Assembly: GCA_965235115.1 (NCBI GenBank)
Contig: OZ249436.1
Span: 3,846,001 to 3,910,000, forward strand
Source: Laetmonice hystrix
Taxonomy: Eukaryota
Direction of reading: 5' to 3'
Length of the DNA: 64,000 bases
In this document: piece by piece, positions 1 to 13,352 of the stretch
Numbering within the stretch: position 1 is the stretch's first letter
Layout: each line of letters opens with the position of its first letter
Made by a program: the position numbers and the translations under genes
Notes under the pieces: generated by a model
What the model saw: only the letters and a program-made list of their open reading frames with translations
What the model was told of the DNA's origin: nothing
Database searches by the model: none

Positions 1-48
1 GGCGCCTTTAGGCCCCGGTGTTCACATGTTATTGGATCCCATTAACAG

Positions 49-3000
49 GTGATGACGCTTGCTGCACGGTTTATCCAGGACAGAAGTTTAACCCCGAACG
101 ACCTGACCAGAAATCACATAGCTACAATGAATCATATATTCTGTGGCCTCATGCCAGACGACATTACCAAGATCGGTTTGGAAGAGTTACGGTAGGTATA
201 ACTTTGCCTCTGTGATAGGCCTCGCAATACTCGGCCTATTGCCAAAGCTACACAAATGAGAACATTTTAAAACGCGCAGAATGGGATGCTATAGCGCACA
301 TAGCCAATCATTTCAAATGAAGTGTTGCCTTTACCTTCAGCCATTGAGTCCAATGAATTTAGCTCAAGTCCTTCTACAAAGCAGATCAGGTGATTTTTCA
401 AACGAAACGGGCCCTTCGACATCGTCACGGCCGGCGGCCATTTTAAATAAACAAAGGGAGCAGCTATAATATAAAAAGGGGGCCTGGATCTCGGGCCATA
501 ATGGAGGAGTGCTTGGCTCCTTGTGTGATGGTATGCTCCCCGACTGGTCTTCTGTGTGCATGCGCATTAGGACCAACAACATTGCAGGCAACGGAAATCG
601 AACTGCTCGGTTCGCATTTTTAAACGTCTGATTTATTAAATATATGGGATAAAAGCCCCCAAAAAGTGACCTTGCTGTACGGCTTGCTGTGTCCTATCCT
701 ATATGTTGTGTTACAGTGGGGCGGTGGCCGTGTTGGGCTTGCTGTGTCCTATCCTATATGTTGTGTTACAGTGGGGCGGTGGCCGTGTTGGGCTTGCTGT
801 GTCCTATCCTATATGTTGTGTTACAGTGGGGCGGTGGCCGTGTTGGGCTTGCTGTGTCCTATCCTATATGTTGTGTTACAGTGGGGCGGTGGCCGTGTTG
901 GGCTTGCTGTGTCCTATATCCTATATGTTGTGTTACAGTGGGGCGGTGGCCGTGTTAGGCTTGCTGTGTCCTATCCTATATGTTGTGTTACAGTGGGGCG
1001 GTGGCCGTGTTGGGCTTGCTGTGTCCTATCCTATATGTTGTGTTACAGTGGGGCGGTGGCCGTGTTGGGTTTGCTGTGTCCTATCCTATATGTTGTGTTA
1101 CAGTGGGGCGGTGGCCGTGTTGGGCTTGCTGTGTCCTATCCAATATGTTGTGTTACAGTGGGGCGGTGGCCGTGTTGGGCTTGCTGTGTCCTAACCAATA
1201 TGTTGTGCTACAGTGGGGCAGTGGCCGTGTTGGGTTTGCTGTGTCCTATCCTATATGTTGTGTTACAGTGGGGCGGTGGCCGTGTTGGGCTTGCTGTGTC
1301 CTATCCAATATGTTGTGTTGAAGTGGGGCGGTGGCCGTGTTGGGCTTGCTGTGTCCTAACCAATATGTTGTGTTGCAGTGGGGCGGTGGCCGTGTTGGGT
1401 TTGCTGTGTCCTATCCTATATGTTGTGTTACAGTGGTGCGGTGGCCGTGTTGGGTCTGCTCCAGCGGTGTTCGCGACCCGTCCTCCGGACGCTCGCCTCC
1501 CGATATAAAAACGAAATCTACGGCCGCACCGTGTCCGAATGGTCCGAGGACGACTTCGCCGAGGTTGGAATCGTAATAGGTAAGGTGCACTCCCCGCAGT
1601 TATAGATTAGGGTGGTGGGGGATGATTGGGTTGAAACTTCGAAAAGCTCTCAACAAGTAAAAAGAAATATTCCATATGGTGTTTTTCCACGAAAAACACC
1701 ATATATTGCGCCCTATAGGAGGCCAACATCCGGGGTACCCGGTCAGGGTTAGACCTATAGCGCTTTATATAAAATATGGCGTAGGCCTAGCAAAAAAAAA
1801 GAGATTTAATACAGAAACTAATTCGGATCCCAACTCAACTTTTCAACTGCTCCCAATATTTAAAAAAACAATATTTCATTACCAGCTGGACTGTCAGGAC
1901 GGGAGCTCATGTCAGCTGGACAAGCCCCGCTGGATCACATCGATAAAATTGTTGTTTTACACATGGCTGTAGAGGACTTTAAGGTAGGCATAATATTTGT
2001 TCACTATGTCGTAGATATTTTATTATTTGTACCTAGTAGTGTTACTTAAAATAGAACCATTATCTATGGTATTATCAGAGATAATAGATATTTCCTGGTA
2101 GAGAAATGATATTTTCATGCTGCGTTCAAATCCATAGATGCTGACTCCACAAAAACTGAGTTCGTTGCGGAAGGGCGCGGCCAAGGGCGCCCAGCAGAGG
2201 GGGTTCTGTCCACACCTCAGTGAGAAACAGAGGACAGCCGGACATATGAAAGAGGCGTGTCAAAACGACAGGTCTACCTCGAAAGGTGATTACAGGTCAA
2301 AAAGGACAATTATAAATCATGGGATGGATGGGCCGTCGGGTTATTTTTCTCCCATGCACGGAATCTTTAGGGACAGGGAGAGACCGAAGGTGTTGGGTGA
2401 TGCCTGACTCTGTGTTAGGTGTCGGGTTAGGGACAGGGAGAGGCCCAAGGTGTTGGGTGATGCCTGATTCTGTAAGGGTTAGGGACAGGGAGAGACTGAA
2501 GGTGTTGGGCGATGCCTGACTCTGTAAGGGTTAGGTGTCGGGTTAGGGACAGGGAGAGACCGAAGGTGTTGGGTGATGCCTGACTCTGTAAGGGTTAGGT
2601 GTCGGGTTAGGGACAGGGAGAGACCGAAGGTGTTGGGTGATGCCTGACTCTGTAAGGGTTAGGTGTCGGGTTAGGGACAGGGAGAGACCGAAGGTGTTGG
2701 GCGATGCCTGACTCTGTAAGGGTTAGGTGTCGGGTTAGGGACAGGGAGAGACCGAAGGTGTTGGGTGATGCCTGACTCTGTAAGGGTTAGGTGTCGGGTT
2801 AGGGACAGGGAGAGACCGAAGGTGTTGGGTGATGCCTGACTCTGTAAGTGTTAGGTGTCGGGTTAGGGACAGGGAGAGACCGAAGGTGTTGGGTGATGCC
2901 TGACTCTGTGTCGGGTTAGGGACAGGGAGAGACCGAAGGTGTTGGGTGATGCCTGACTCTGTGTCGGGTTAGGGACAGGGAGAGACCGAAGGTGTTGGGT

Positions 3001-4681
3001 GATGCCTGACTCTGTAAGGGTTAGGTGTCGGGTTAGGGACAGGGAGAGACCGAAGGTGTTGGGTGATGCCTGACTCTGTGTTAGGTGTCGGGTTAGGGAC
3101 AGGGAGAGACCGAAGGTGTTGGGCGATGCCTGACTCTGTGTTAGGTGTCGGGTTAGGGACAGGGAGAGACCGAAGGTGTTGGGTGATGCCTGACTCTGTA
3201 AGGGTTAGGTGTCGGGTTAGGGACAGGGAGAGGCCGAAGGTGTTGGGTGATGCCTGACTCTGTAAGGGTTAGGTGTCGGGTTAGGGACAGGGAGAGACCG
3301 AAGGTGTTGGGTGATGCCTGACTCTGTAAGGGTTAGGTGTCTGGTTAGGGACAGGGAGAGGCCGAAGGTGTTGGGTGATGCCTGACTCTGTAAGGGTTAG
3401 GTGTCGGGTTAGGGACAGGGAGAGACCGAAGGTGTTGGGTGATGCCTGACTCTGTAAGGGTTAGGTGTCGGGTTAGGGACAGGGAGAGACCGAAGGTGTT
3501 GGGTGATGCCTGACTCTGTGTTAGGTGTCGGGTTAGGGACAGGGAGAGACCGAAGGTGTTGGGTGATGCCTGACTCTGTAAGGGTTAGGTGTCGGGTTAG
3601 GGACAGGGAGAGACCGAAGGTGTTGGGTGATGCCTGACTCTGTAAAGGTTAGGTGTCGGGTTAGGGACAGGGAGAGACCGAAGGTGTTGGGTGATGCCTG
3701 GCTCTGTAAGGGTTAGCTAGTGTCGGGTTAGGGACAGGGTGAGGCCGAAGGTGTTGGGTGATGCCTGACTCTGTAAGGGTTAGGTGTCGGGTTAGGGACA
3801 GGGAGAGACCGAAGGTGTTGGGTGATGCCTGACTCTGTAAGGGTTAGGTGTCGGGTTAGGGACAGGGAGAGACCGAAGGTGTTGGGTGATGCCTGACTCT
3901 GTAAGGGTTAGGTGTCGGGTTAGGGACAGCGAGAGACTGAAGGTGTTGGGCGATGCCTGACTCTGTAAGGGTTAGGTGTCGGGTGAGGGACAGGGAGAGA
4001 CCGAAGGTGTTGGGTGATGCCTGACTCTGTGTTAGGTGTCGGGTTAGGGACAGGGAGAGACCGAAGGTGTTGAATGATGCCTGACTCTGTAAGGGTTAGG
4101 TGTCGGGTTAGGGACAGGGAGAGACCGAAGGTGTTGGGTGATGCCTGACTCTGTAAGGGTTAGGTGTCGGGTTAGGGACGTACAGGGAGAGACCGAAGGT
4201 GTTGGGTGATGCCTGACTCTGTAAGGGTTAGGTGTCGGGTTAGGGACAGGGAGAGGCCGAAGGTGTTGGGTGATGCCTGACTCTGTAAGGGTTAGGTGTC
4301 GGGTTGGGGACAGGGAGAGACCGAAGGTGTTGGGTGATGCCTGACTCTGTAAGGGTTAGGTTTCTGATATAGGGCCTATTTTCTACCTCAGCGGGAGGTA
4401 CGGGAGGTGCGTTCCCCCTCAAAATGTTTATACCACACAAAAATTGATGCTGAGATTTCGATGTACAACATTATCTTCGCTTAGGACCAAATCTACACTT
4501 GCCATCCGTGCTCAGTGATATGGTTGCAGACCTAAAGTTAGTTTTTAAAGGGGGAGGTGTATAACACATTTTGTAATTGAATATTTTCTTCTTCATTTCA
4601 GGATCTACTGTTAGAGCTGGAGTATTGTGGTGTGTGATCACCCTCATTACTTCCCGAATAACGAGGACGATCGGCACATAG
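49..4681 (+). CDS. Stereocilin/otoancorin-family protein, C-terminal five exons (5' part outside window)
   Basis: Phase-consistent GT-AG exons 49-191, 1434-1579, 1886-1983, 2138-2285, 4602-4681 give VMTLAARFIQ...NHIFCGLMPDDITKIGLEELR/GAVAVLGLLQRCSRPVLRTLASRYKNEIYGRTVSEWSEDDFAEVGIVI/AGLSGRELM...EDFK/MLTPQKLSSL...STSK/GSTVRAGVLWCVITLITSRITRTIGT*. This resembles, from recall, the stereocilin/otoancorin C-terminal region (LCGL...FG..S.W...F.EIG.I.AG). The tail is hydrophobic (GPI-signal-like); the last exon is the least certain. Confidence 0.72.
682..1455 (+). repeat. 55-bp minisatellite, ~14 copies, each carrying a 3' splice acceptor plus exon start
   Basis: Unit GCTGTGTCCTATCCTATATGTTGTGTTACAG|TGGGGCGGTGGCCGTGTTGGGCTT. 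AGs end at 716, 771 ... 1433; the last one leads into the real exon 1434-1579. Confidence 0.95.
2367..4360 (+). repeat. ~64-bp G-rich minisatellite, ~32 copies, intronic, contains TTAGGG/TTAGG
   Basis: Unit GGGTTAGGGACAGGGAGAGACCGAAGGTGTTGGGTGATGCCTGACTCTGTAAGGGTTAGGTGTC, with length variants. Confidence 0.95.
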
Positions 4682-6280
4682 GAAATAGTTATGGTCTCAG
4701 GTTCTAATCTGGGTAATATTTATAATTTATAGATAAAGTGATTAATCGAAATCATAATTAAACTGATACGGGACTGGATTATGAGGACCTGGCGGGGGAG
4801 ATGATCTTATAGGTTTGGGGCCTGAATAGAATTAACTTATACTTAATACTTTAGGTATATTAGACCGATAGACCTGCCTAATTTTCCAACCAGTGAAGAG
4901 TTTGGAAATGTATTTTCTTTTCAAATGGAGGAGAGGGGCAGAGCCCCCCCCCCCCCCCAAAAAAAAGCATCATAACTATACCTAAACCTAAGTTAATTTT
5001 TGTAAATAGGATTCATGGTTAATTCCCACGAAGCTTCATCTCTGCGTCAATGTCTCGAATAAATATTGGTTGTACAGTTTGTATGTGCGGCGATATCATA
5101 GGCCTAGCTATATACATGTAGAGCTCTAGCTACAGCTGTATATTATATAGACCTATATAGTCTATAGGCTTAGTCACTGTAAATAGGAAAGGAGTTTTAT
5201 GTAAAGTATAGGTATAGGCTATAGAAAAAAACCTATGAATTTGTGCACTAAATTACCTCGTAGATGACATATACTTTATAGGTATGGCTGCCTATATAGC
5301 TTGAATTTTGTAGGAACAGTTAGGATATGAAGTTGGGGGGATAGATGTGCGTGTGTGGGGGAGGGTGGGGAGGGTGGGGATAATGAGGGTGGGGGTGGGG
5401 GGTGGGGGGCTGATATGTGCGTGTGTGTGTGTGTGTGTGGGGGGGGGGGGGGTGATAGATGTGGGGAGGGTGGGGGGGATAGATGTGTACACATAGGGGA
5501 GGGGGGGGGGGGGTACCGGTTGTGCTTGGACATGTACGGAAACCTATGGATGGACAATAGGAGTGCATGTAAATTGGAAGCCAATGTTGAATTATTATTT
5601 TCCTATATCAGAAACAAAATAAAAGATAATATATATTACAGTAATTAATGCCTTATTCCATTGTTGTCTATTTCATATTATAGACCTCTACTTCAGGTTT
5701 TTTTTTCACTAAGACTCTCTGTACGAGTTCGTATGGCCTCATAGCTCGTCAACGAGAAAAAAAACTCGTCCTACATTTTGCTATTACATCTATGATCTAC
5801 AGAAAATACGAGGTCGTAACGAGTGTTTAATGAAAAAGCCCCCTGGCCCGTAGCCTGACCCAAATAGGGACCTAGGCATATGCCGGGGCAATGCCTCCTG
5901 AGCAAGAAGGCCTAGGCCTATACCAGGCAGGGGGTATCCAGAAATTGGTTAAGGGTGATTTCCTAAGTTTAAATACTCCCATGCTCCTCTGGAAATTAAA
6001 AAAAAGACATAGAGTCTAGGCCTAGGCCTAGGGGGCAATCTCAGAAAAAAAAATGGAAATAAATGAAGATTTCCTTTGGTTAAAATAATGCACTTTTTAC
6101 ACTCGTATGGAATATTTACCTAGTTTTTCTCCTTTTTTTTTTAGTTTAATCAACTCTATCTCCTAGGCCTATAGATCTAATTAATGTGTCGTTCGACTGA
6201 GCAACGCTCAGACCGCGATCGTTTCGGAATTCCGTTTCAGATGTGAACAGGCCGTTAGTATTTTGCGGGAGCCTCGCGCG

Positions 6281-6345
6281 TATGAATATAATGCATACAG
6301 CCGGACTCGTTTCGACCTCTTTTACCGCATGGTGTCGAGGGGAAG
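6281..6345 (+). promoter_or_regulatory. Putative RPS9 core promoter and non-coding first exon (TCT/5'TOP motif)
   Basis: Pyrimidine tract CCTCTTTT at 6316-6323 with AT-rich TATGAATATAA ~30 nt upstream, then donor AAG|GTACGT at 6345/6346. The acceptor at 9060-9061 lies 13 nt before the RPS9 ATG, typical ribosomal protein gene layout. Confidence 0.55.
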
Positions 6346-7959
6346 GTACGTGTATGAATTACCGGTCTCAGAAATATAGCCTCATATCAAAATTAATGGA
6401 CGACTTTTTGTTATAAACTCAATGCTTTGCTTCAGTGCACTTCCTATACTATACCAAAGTTTTCATAAAATGTAATTTTATTCGGTGAGATTATGTATAT
6501 TAGTGTTTTAGTTGGTTGATGTCCGACTCGGCCTCTCGGTCGAGACACGTGGTCTTGAGTGACTTGACACTACTCGGTGCAGTCCGTATTCCGCCCGCAC
6601 TTACTGGTAGACTGTTACAGTAGACCAGAGACACTTGCTGGTTGGGCAGTAGAATAACGATCGAGTGAAGTGATTGAAATGAATTCAGGTGTTTCAAAAT
6701 TTTGTCAGAGCGGCACTGTGGCCGTCTTCTAAATACACAGGAGTCTCAGTCTGACCCATGGACACTAACGTTAACGTTAGGCCTTGACTTAGGCCAGTTA
6801 GGGCCAGGTGAAATATTACTATAGTCCTGCACCGTAAATTGGGAACTTGGGAGGTCATCCAGTTCAACCCCCACTTGAAACCCCAGAACATGTTATTATA
6901 TCGTTCTAGGTGATAATAGTGTGGGCAGTTAGTCTTAATATTTATGCAAACCCGAATGTTATAAAAATAAATCATTATTTTATAGTTAGAAAGTGTTATT
7001 TTAGAGCGCTGCTGCTCAAAAACCAGTGTACTGGCCGGGTGTCTTGGGCTGGTAGAGCCGTCAACACGTTCGTTGTCATCGCTTGGGTCAGAGACTGGCC
7101 GGCGATAACGTCCTCATAATCTGCATTGGCTACAATTTTATAGCCTAGGTTCGATCTGTTTGTGCTTTCATTGTCACTTGTGACATCATAGAATTGTTAA
7201 CTACGTATTTTGATACATAATATTACAATGTTTCACTGACAAAAAGACGGTGCGTGCCTCGTTAAGTCAACTGTGGCTGTGACGTCATAGATAGGACGTG
7301 CGGCACAGTCGTGACGACTAACGTAGACTGCACTATTCTGCTGTCTAGCTCTCGTTTTATTAAAAGATGGATTAAAATACTACAGAAGCAGAGACTTCGA
7401 AGGTCAGTAGATAGTCTCAGAAAATTATAGCATTATAATACCTCCGTAAACATCACTGTAGGCCTCTGATCCTACACAGCTTAGATTGGAGCCTGGCTGT
7501 CTATTGTGATATTTAACGTCATTATCGAAGTTTTGGGAACTTTTAAATTTCCAAACAAAGCTCGCTGTATTCAAAACTATAAGGAATCTCGCTAAAAGAA
7601 AGATATCTATGGAGACCTTACGACGTGGGGAATAGTTCTGGGTACTTTTTTGTACAGGTCGTCGTGACAGATTTTGCGTGACAAACGCTCGAATCTCGAA
7701 AGGTCATGAGTTTTGCGACTTTTTGAGAAACTTCTACGTTTTTCAAACACCTCTGTAGAAATTATAACTTAGCAACCTGGTGTAATTTTTATACTGATAA
7801 ATAGCCTGCAGTCTCTAGTTTTATTTGCTACCATTCCTTAAGTAATTGACTGAGATTCCGCGTCACGACAAGGGTTTTGATGCGCCGATGTTGAAAAAAC
7901 TAAGTTTTTAGTTCCCAAAACTTGGTGCAGGATTATAGTATTAAGGGGGGAGGCGTGAA

Positions 7960-8267
7960 CAGTGGCGTGGCTAGAATATTTTCCCGGGGGTGGGGGGGAT
8001 TCACCTAAAATTTCCGATTTAAAAAAAAAAATAAAAATCCGCCAAAAACAAAAAAAATGAACATTTTTGCCGAGTACAGCGAGTTTTACGAAATTGGACG
8101 CTTGAAATTTGTGGGGGCACGACGGCACTGGGTCGGGCCTCAGAAATCCCTCAACTTGGGAACACCACACTGTAGTCTGTAGTTTGATTTCACTTGATGA
8201 TCTCATGTCCCAGATGGCAAATTCCCGAATTTTCCAGAGCCAGGGGGGCAATCTAGGTACGCCACTG
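7960..8267. mobile_element. MITE-like element with short terminal inverted repeats
   Basis: CAGTGGCGTGGCTAG ... CTAGGTACGCCACTG termini; no convincing TSD. Confidence 0.55.
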
Positions 8268-8405
8268 CCCATGAACATGCTTGTTATACAGAATCGAGAA
8301 TACCCCTCAAAAAAAAATTGACAAGCAAAAACAAAATTAATTTTTTTTATAGTTTTATATTTTTTTAAAACTCAGCGCAGCAGAGGCGCGTGTCTGCGCC
8401 TTTGG

Positions 8406-8697
8406 CAATCTAATTAAAATTAGGTCTAGTTATTTCGCATGCGCTCCATACTAGGATCTAACGGCATCACGTATGGGGTCACCTCAGGCTGACCTTTGAC
8501 CCAGATTCAAGTGTGCCGTTGAAAATGCCTACGAGCGCACACCGAAGATTTCGTAGGCGACTCGCTGATTGGCTGAATCCAGAGGTCAACCTGAGGTGAC
8601 CCCTAATGGGATGTCCTTAGATCCAGGTATGGAGCGCGGCAGCACTGAAACAGCCGAGAGAGACGCGGAATACCAAGATCTAATTTTAATTAGATTG
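8406..8697. mobile_element. MITE with long imperfect TIRs and 10-bp TSD (Mutator-like)
   Basis: Termini CAATCTAATTAAAATTAG / CTAATTTTAATTAGATTG with ~90 bp imperfect inverted arms; flanked by direct repeat GCGCCTTTGG (8396-8405, 8698-8707). Confidence 0.85.
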
Positions 8698-9074
8698 GCG
8701 CCTTTGGCTACAACCCTAAGTGTTTAAAGGCTGTCGTGTCCAAGCCCCGTTTATATACCTGTGTCGTGGTCTGTGACTCACGCTGTAGGCCCCAACAGGT
8801 TCACTGCCAGTACTGGTGGTAGGGACCAGATGAGCAATGTTCAGTCGGGCAGTGTCGGTCACTCACAGTCACGTGGTGGTTTTGATGCTGTCTGTTCTGT
8901 ATTCAGTCCCCGAAAAAACTCTTTTATAGCAGGAGTATCTCGACTTAGGGGATAATTAAATTGTCTAATAAAATAATGGCCTGATGATTGATGATGAAAC
9001 GAAAGGTTATTCAGATTAAATTACAGAGTTTCAATTTCTTTTTTTCTCTAAACATTTTCAGACACTAATTCACC

Positions 9075-10856
<1,782 letters not shown>

Positions 10857-11872
10857 GTCTAAAGTTTTTGTCTCCCAAGGTGAAGGACAATCCTGGGACG
10901 TGAAAAACGGATGCCCAAATAAAGGTGTAAATAAGAATTGATCTGAATTGTTTTCTGTAATTTACCATCCCAGGCCAAAGGGAGTGTAATCATGCCCACC
11001 CCCCCCCCGCACTTCTAGGTTACTATTTAATACCTTTAACTATTTACTATTTACTACGACAGACGTAGCGTGGGAACTTTATGTAGTAGGAGGTTATAAT
11101 CTACATCTAGGTGTTTGTAAGCCCCTCAAAAAAAGTTGTTGGTCACTTATATCTCGGTTATTTGTGACCTTGTTATATCATATTGGAAAGTCCATTCATT
11201 CTTCAAGACACCAGTTAAATCACTTGTTTTATGGCGCAGTAACTCTGAATGGTGGTGGGGTCTCAAACAATGTATCAAATTTACCATTATCATTCTGTGC
11301 TCAACAAAACAACCAACCCTATCTGATGACCTATTAAGGTAATAAAAGATTGACGTGTTAACGGGAGCAGTCTCGACATGTCCCCCCATCCAACTCGGGA
11401 CCCCCTCCTATATTAAGATAGCCCAAAGATATCTTTGAAAACCTCGCTGGAGCCAGGTGCGAGGTTTTATTGAAACACTTGCGCTCCCCCCCCCCCTCCC
11501 CATCCAGACTGCACTAGTCCAAAAGACATCTCTGACAACGATATCTTTGGCAAAGATACATATCTTCTGATATTGAAACGCAGCTCAGACGGGTTGGTGG
11601 CTTGGCTGCCCCCCTGATAACATATGAAATGTTAAATCCACAGTCTGCCGCGCCTCCCCCTTCCCCAATCCTGCCGACTGTATATTAGCTCGCCATAGTG
11701 CGATAACAGGTTCGAAGTCCGATTCTGATTTGACAGAATCACTGACCGAAATTTCATTGCATTTTAAATCTTGTACCAGTCTGCCCAGAGCCCAGATGAA
11801 GTTGGTCCGGGGCGGACTTGGTTTATCTGTCACGTGGGTACTAGCAGCCAGAGGTGAACGGTGAGTAACAAG

Positions 11873-12476
11873 TAGCCGATACATGTACATATAACGTAAT
11901 TACTCGCGCCATAATATGTTGGGTGAGACACTAGCCGATACATGTACATATAACGTAATTGCTCGCGCCATAATATGTTGGGTGGGACACTAGCCGATAC
12001 ATGTACATATATAACGTAATTACTCGCGCCATAATATGTTGGGTGAGACACTAGCCGATACATGTACATATAACGTAATTGCTCGCGCCATAATATGTTG
12101 GGTGAGACACTAGCCGATACATGTACATATAACGTAATTACTCGTGTCATAATATGTTGGGTGGGACACTAGCCGATACATGTACATATATAACGTAATT
12201 ACTCGTGTCATAATATGTTGGGTGAGACACTAGCCGATACATGTACATATAACGTAATTACTCGTGTCATAATATGTTGGGTGAGACACTAGCCGATACA
12301 TGTACATATAACGTAATTACTCGTGTCATAATATGTTGGGTGAGACACTAGCCGATACATGTACATATAACGTAATTACTCGTGTCATAATATGTCGGGT
12401 GAGACACTAGCCGATAGATGTACAGATACAATGTATAACGTAATTACTCGCGCCATAATATGTTGGGTAGGACACA
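11873..12476 (+). repeat. 59-61-bp minisatellite, ~10 copies
   Basis: Unit TAGCCGATACATGTACATATAACGTAATTACTCGCGCCATAATATGTTGGGTGAGACAC. Starts just after a GTGAGT donor-like site (11861) that may end an ABCG2 5'UTR exon (GC box GGGGCGGA near 11809). Confidence 0.9.
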
Positions 12477-13352
12477 TTTTCAAATTCTCGACCTTTTTCA
12501 ACAAAGGATTAAAGAAAGGTATAATATAAGATTTAGATCGACATTCATGTACATGGATTTGTATTAACATTTCATTATCTTGGGTTCACATAGTTATAGA
12601 CTTATAAACAGATTTGTACTCAGATCAAAAGCTGATCATATAAAATCGCCCCGATAAACACCCCTTCAACGGGTTTCAGAATTTAGGGTATACGTTGAAC
12701 TCGAAGGGCAATTTCTAGTTGTGTTTGAAGATATAGACCTATAGACCTAGGCATATCTGTCTATCTCAGGCTATCTGTAAATAAAGGTAGCGCGTGCCTA
12801 AATGTAGGGGAGGGTCGTGTGATATGAAATATTAGAGTTAGGCCTACCACAGATTGCCGATAGATAGCAACACTGATTAATGCGCATGGCACGAAACACG
12901 TGGACATATTTAGGCCTAACACTTCACCGTTGTAAATTCCTTCAGAAACATAGGCCTAATAACCCCAATTTCCGAGACTAATTTTTATTTCTCGGATTAT
13001 AAAAAAGGAAAGTTCTATTTCGACCTGCACCAAGATTCTTTAAGGCCTAAAATCTGACTTGGATTTTATAACTGAAAATGTTGCCCATCGTAATGCAAAA
13101 GGGACAATGTGTTATAGGCCTATGGACCATGATAGACTACAATGTATGGGAGGTCCAAGGTTTCTTCTACGTTTTTTCTTTCTTTCTATCGTTCTTTCTT
13201 TCTTTAATTGCTTCCCAATTATTTTCCTATTGTAGGCTACTTTTATTGTTTTTAGAGTTTCCCCATTTTTCTTATTTTCATTCTTGTTTCAAGGATCTCG
13301 TTGTCCCTGCCAGCATACAGCTTTCCCCACATGGTATTTGTTCACACGGCGC

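Noticed and set aside
333..445. Minus-strand gene start (AAAATGGCCGCC; ATGGCTGAAG|GTAAAG)
   Set aside because: Lies inside an intron of the plus-strand stereocilin-like gene and has no supporting downstream exon; could be chance.
2367..4360. Telomere or interstitial telomeric tract
   Set aside because: TTAGGG occurs about once per 64-bp unit, not as contiguous hexamer runs.
5330..5515. Pro/His- or Gly-rich ORFs
   Set aside because: Low-complexity G/GT-rich intergenic sequence.
8975..9012. Hammerhead-like CTGATGA...GAAA
   Set aside because: No stem II pairing or cleavage-site stems.
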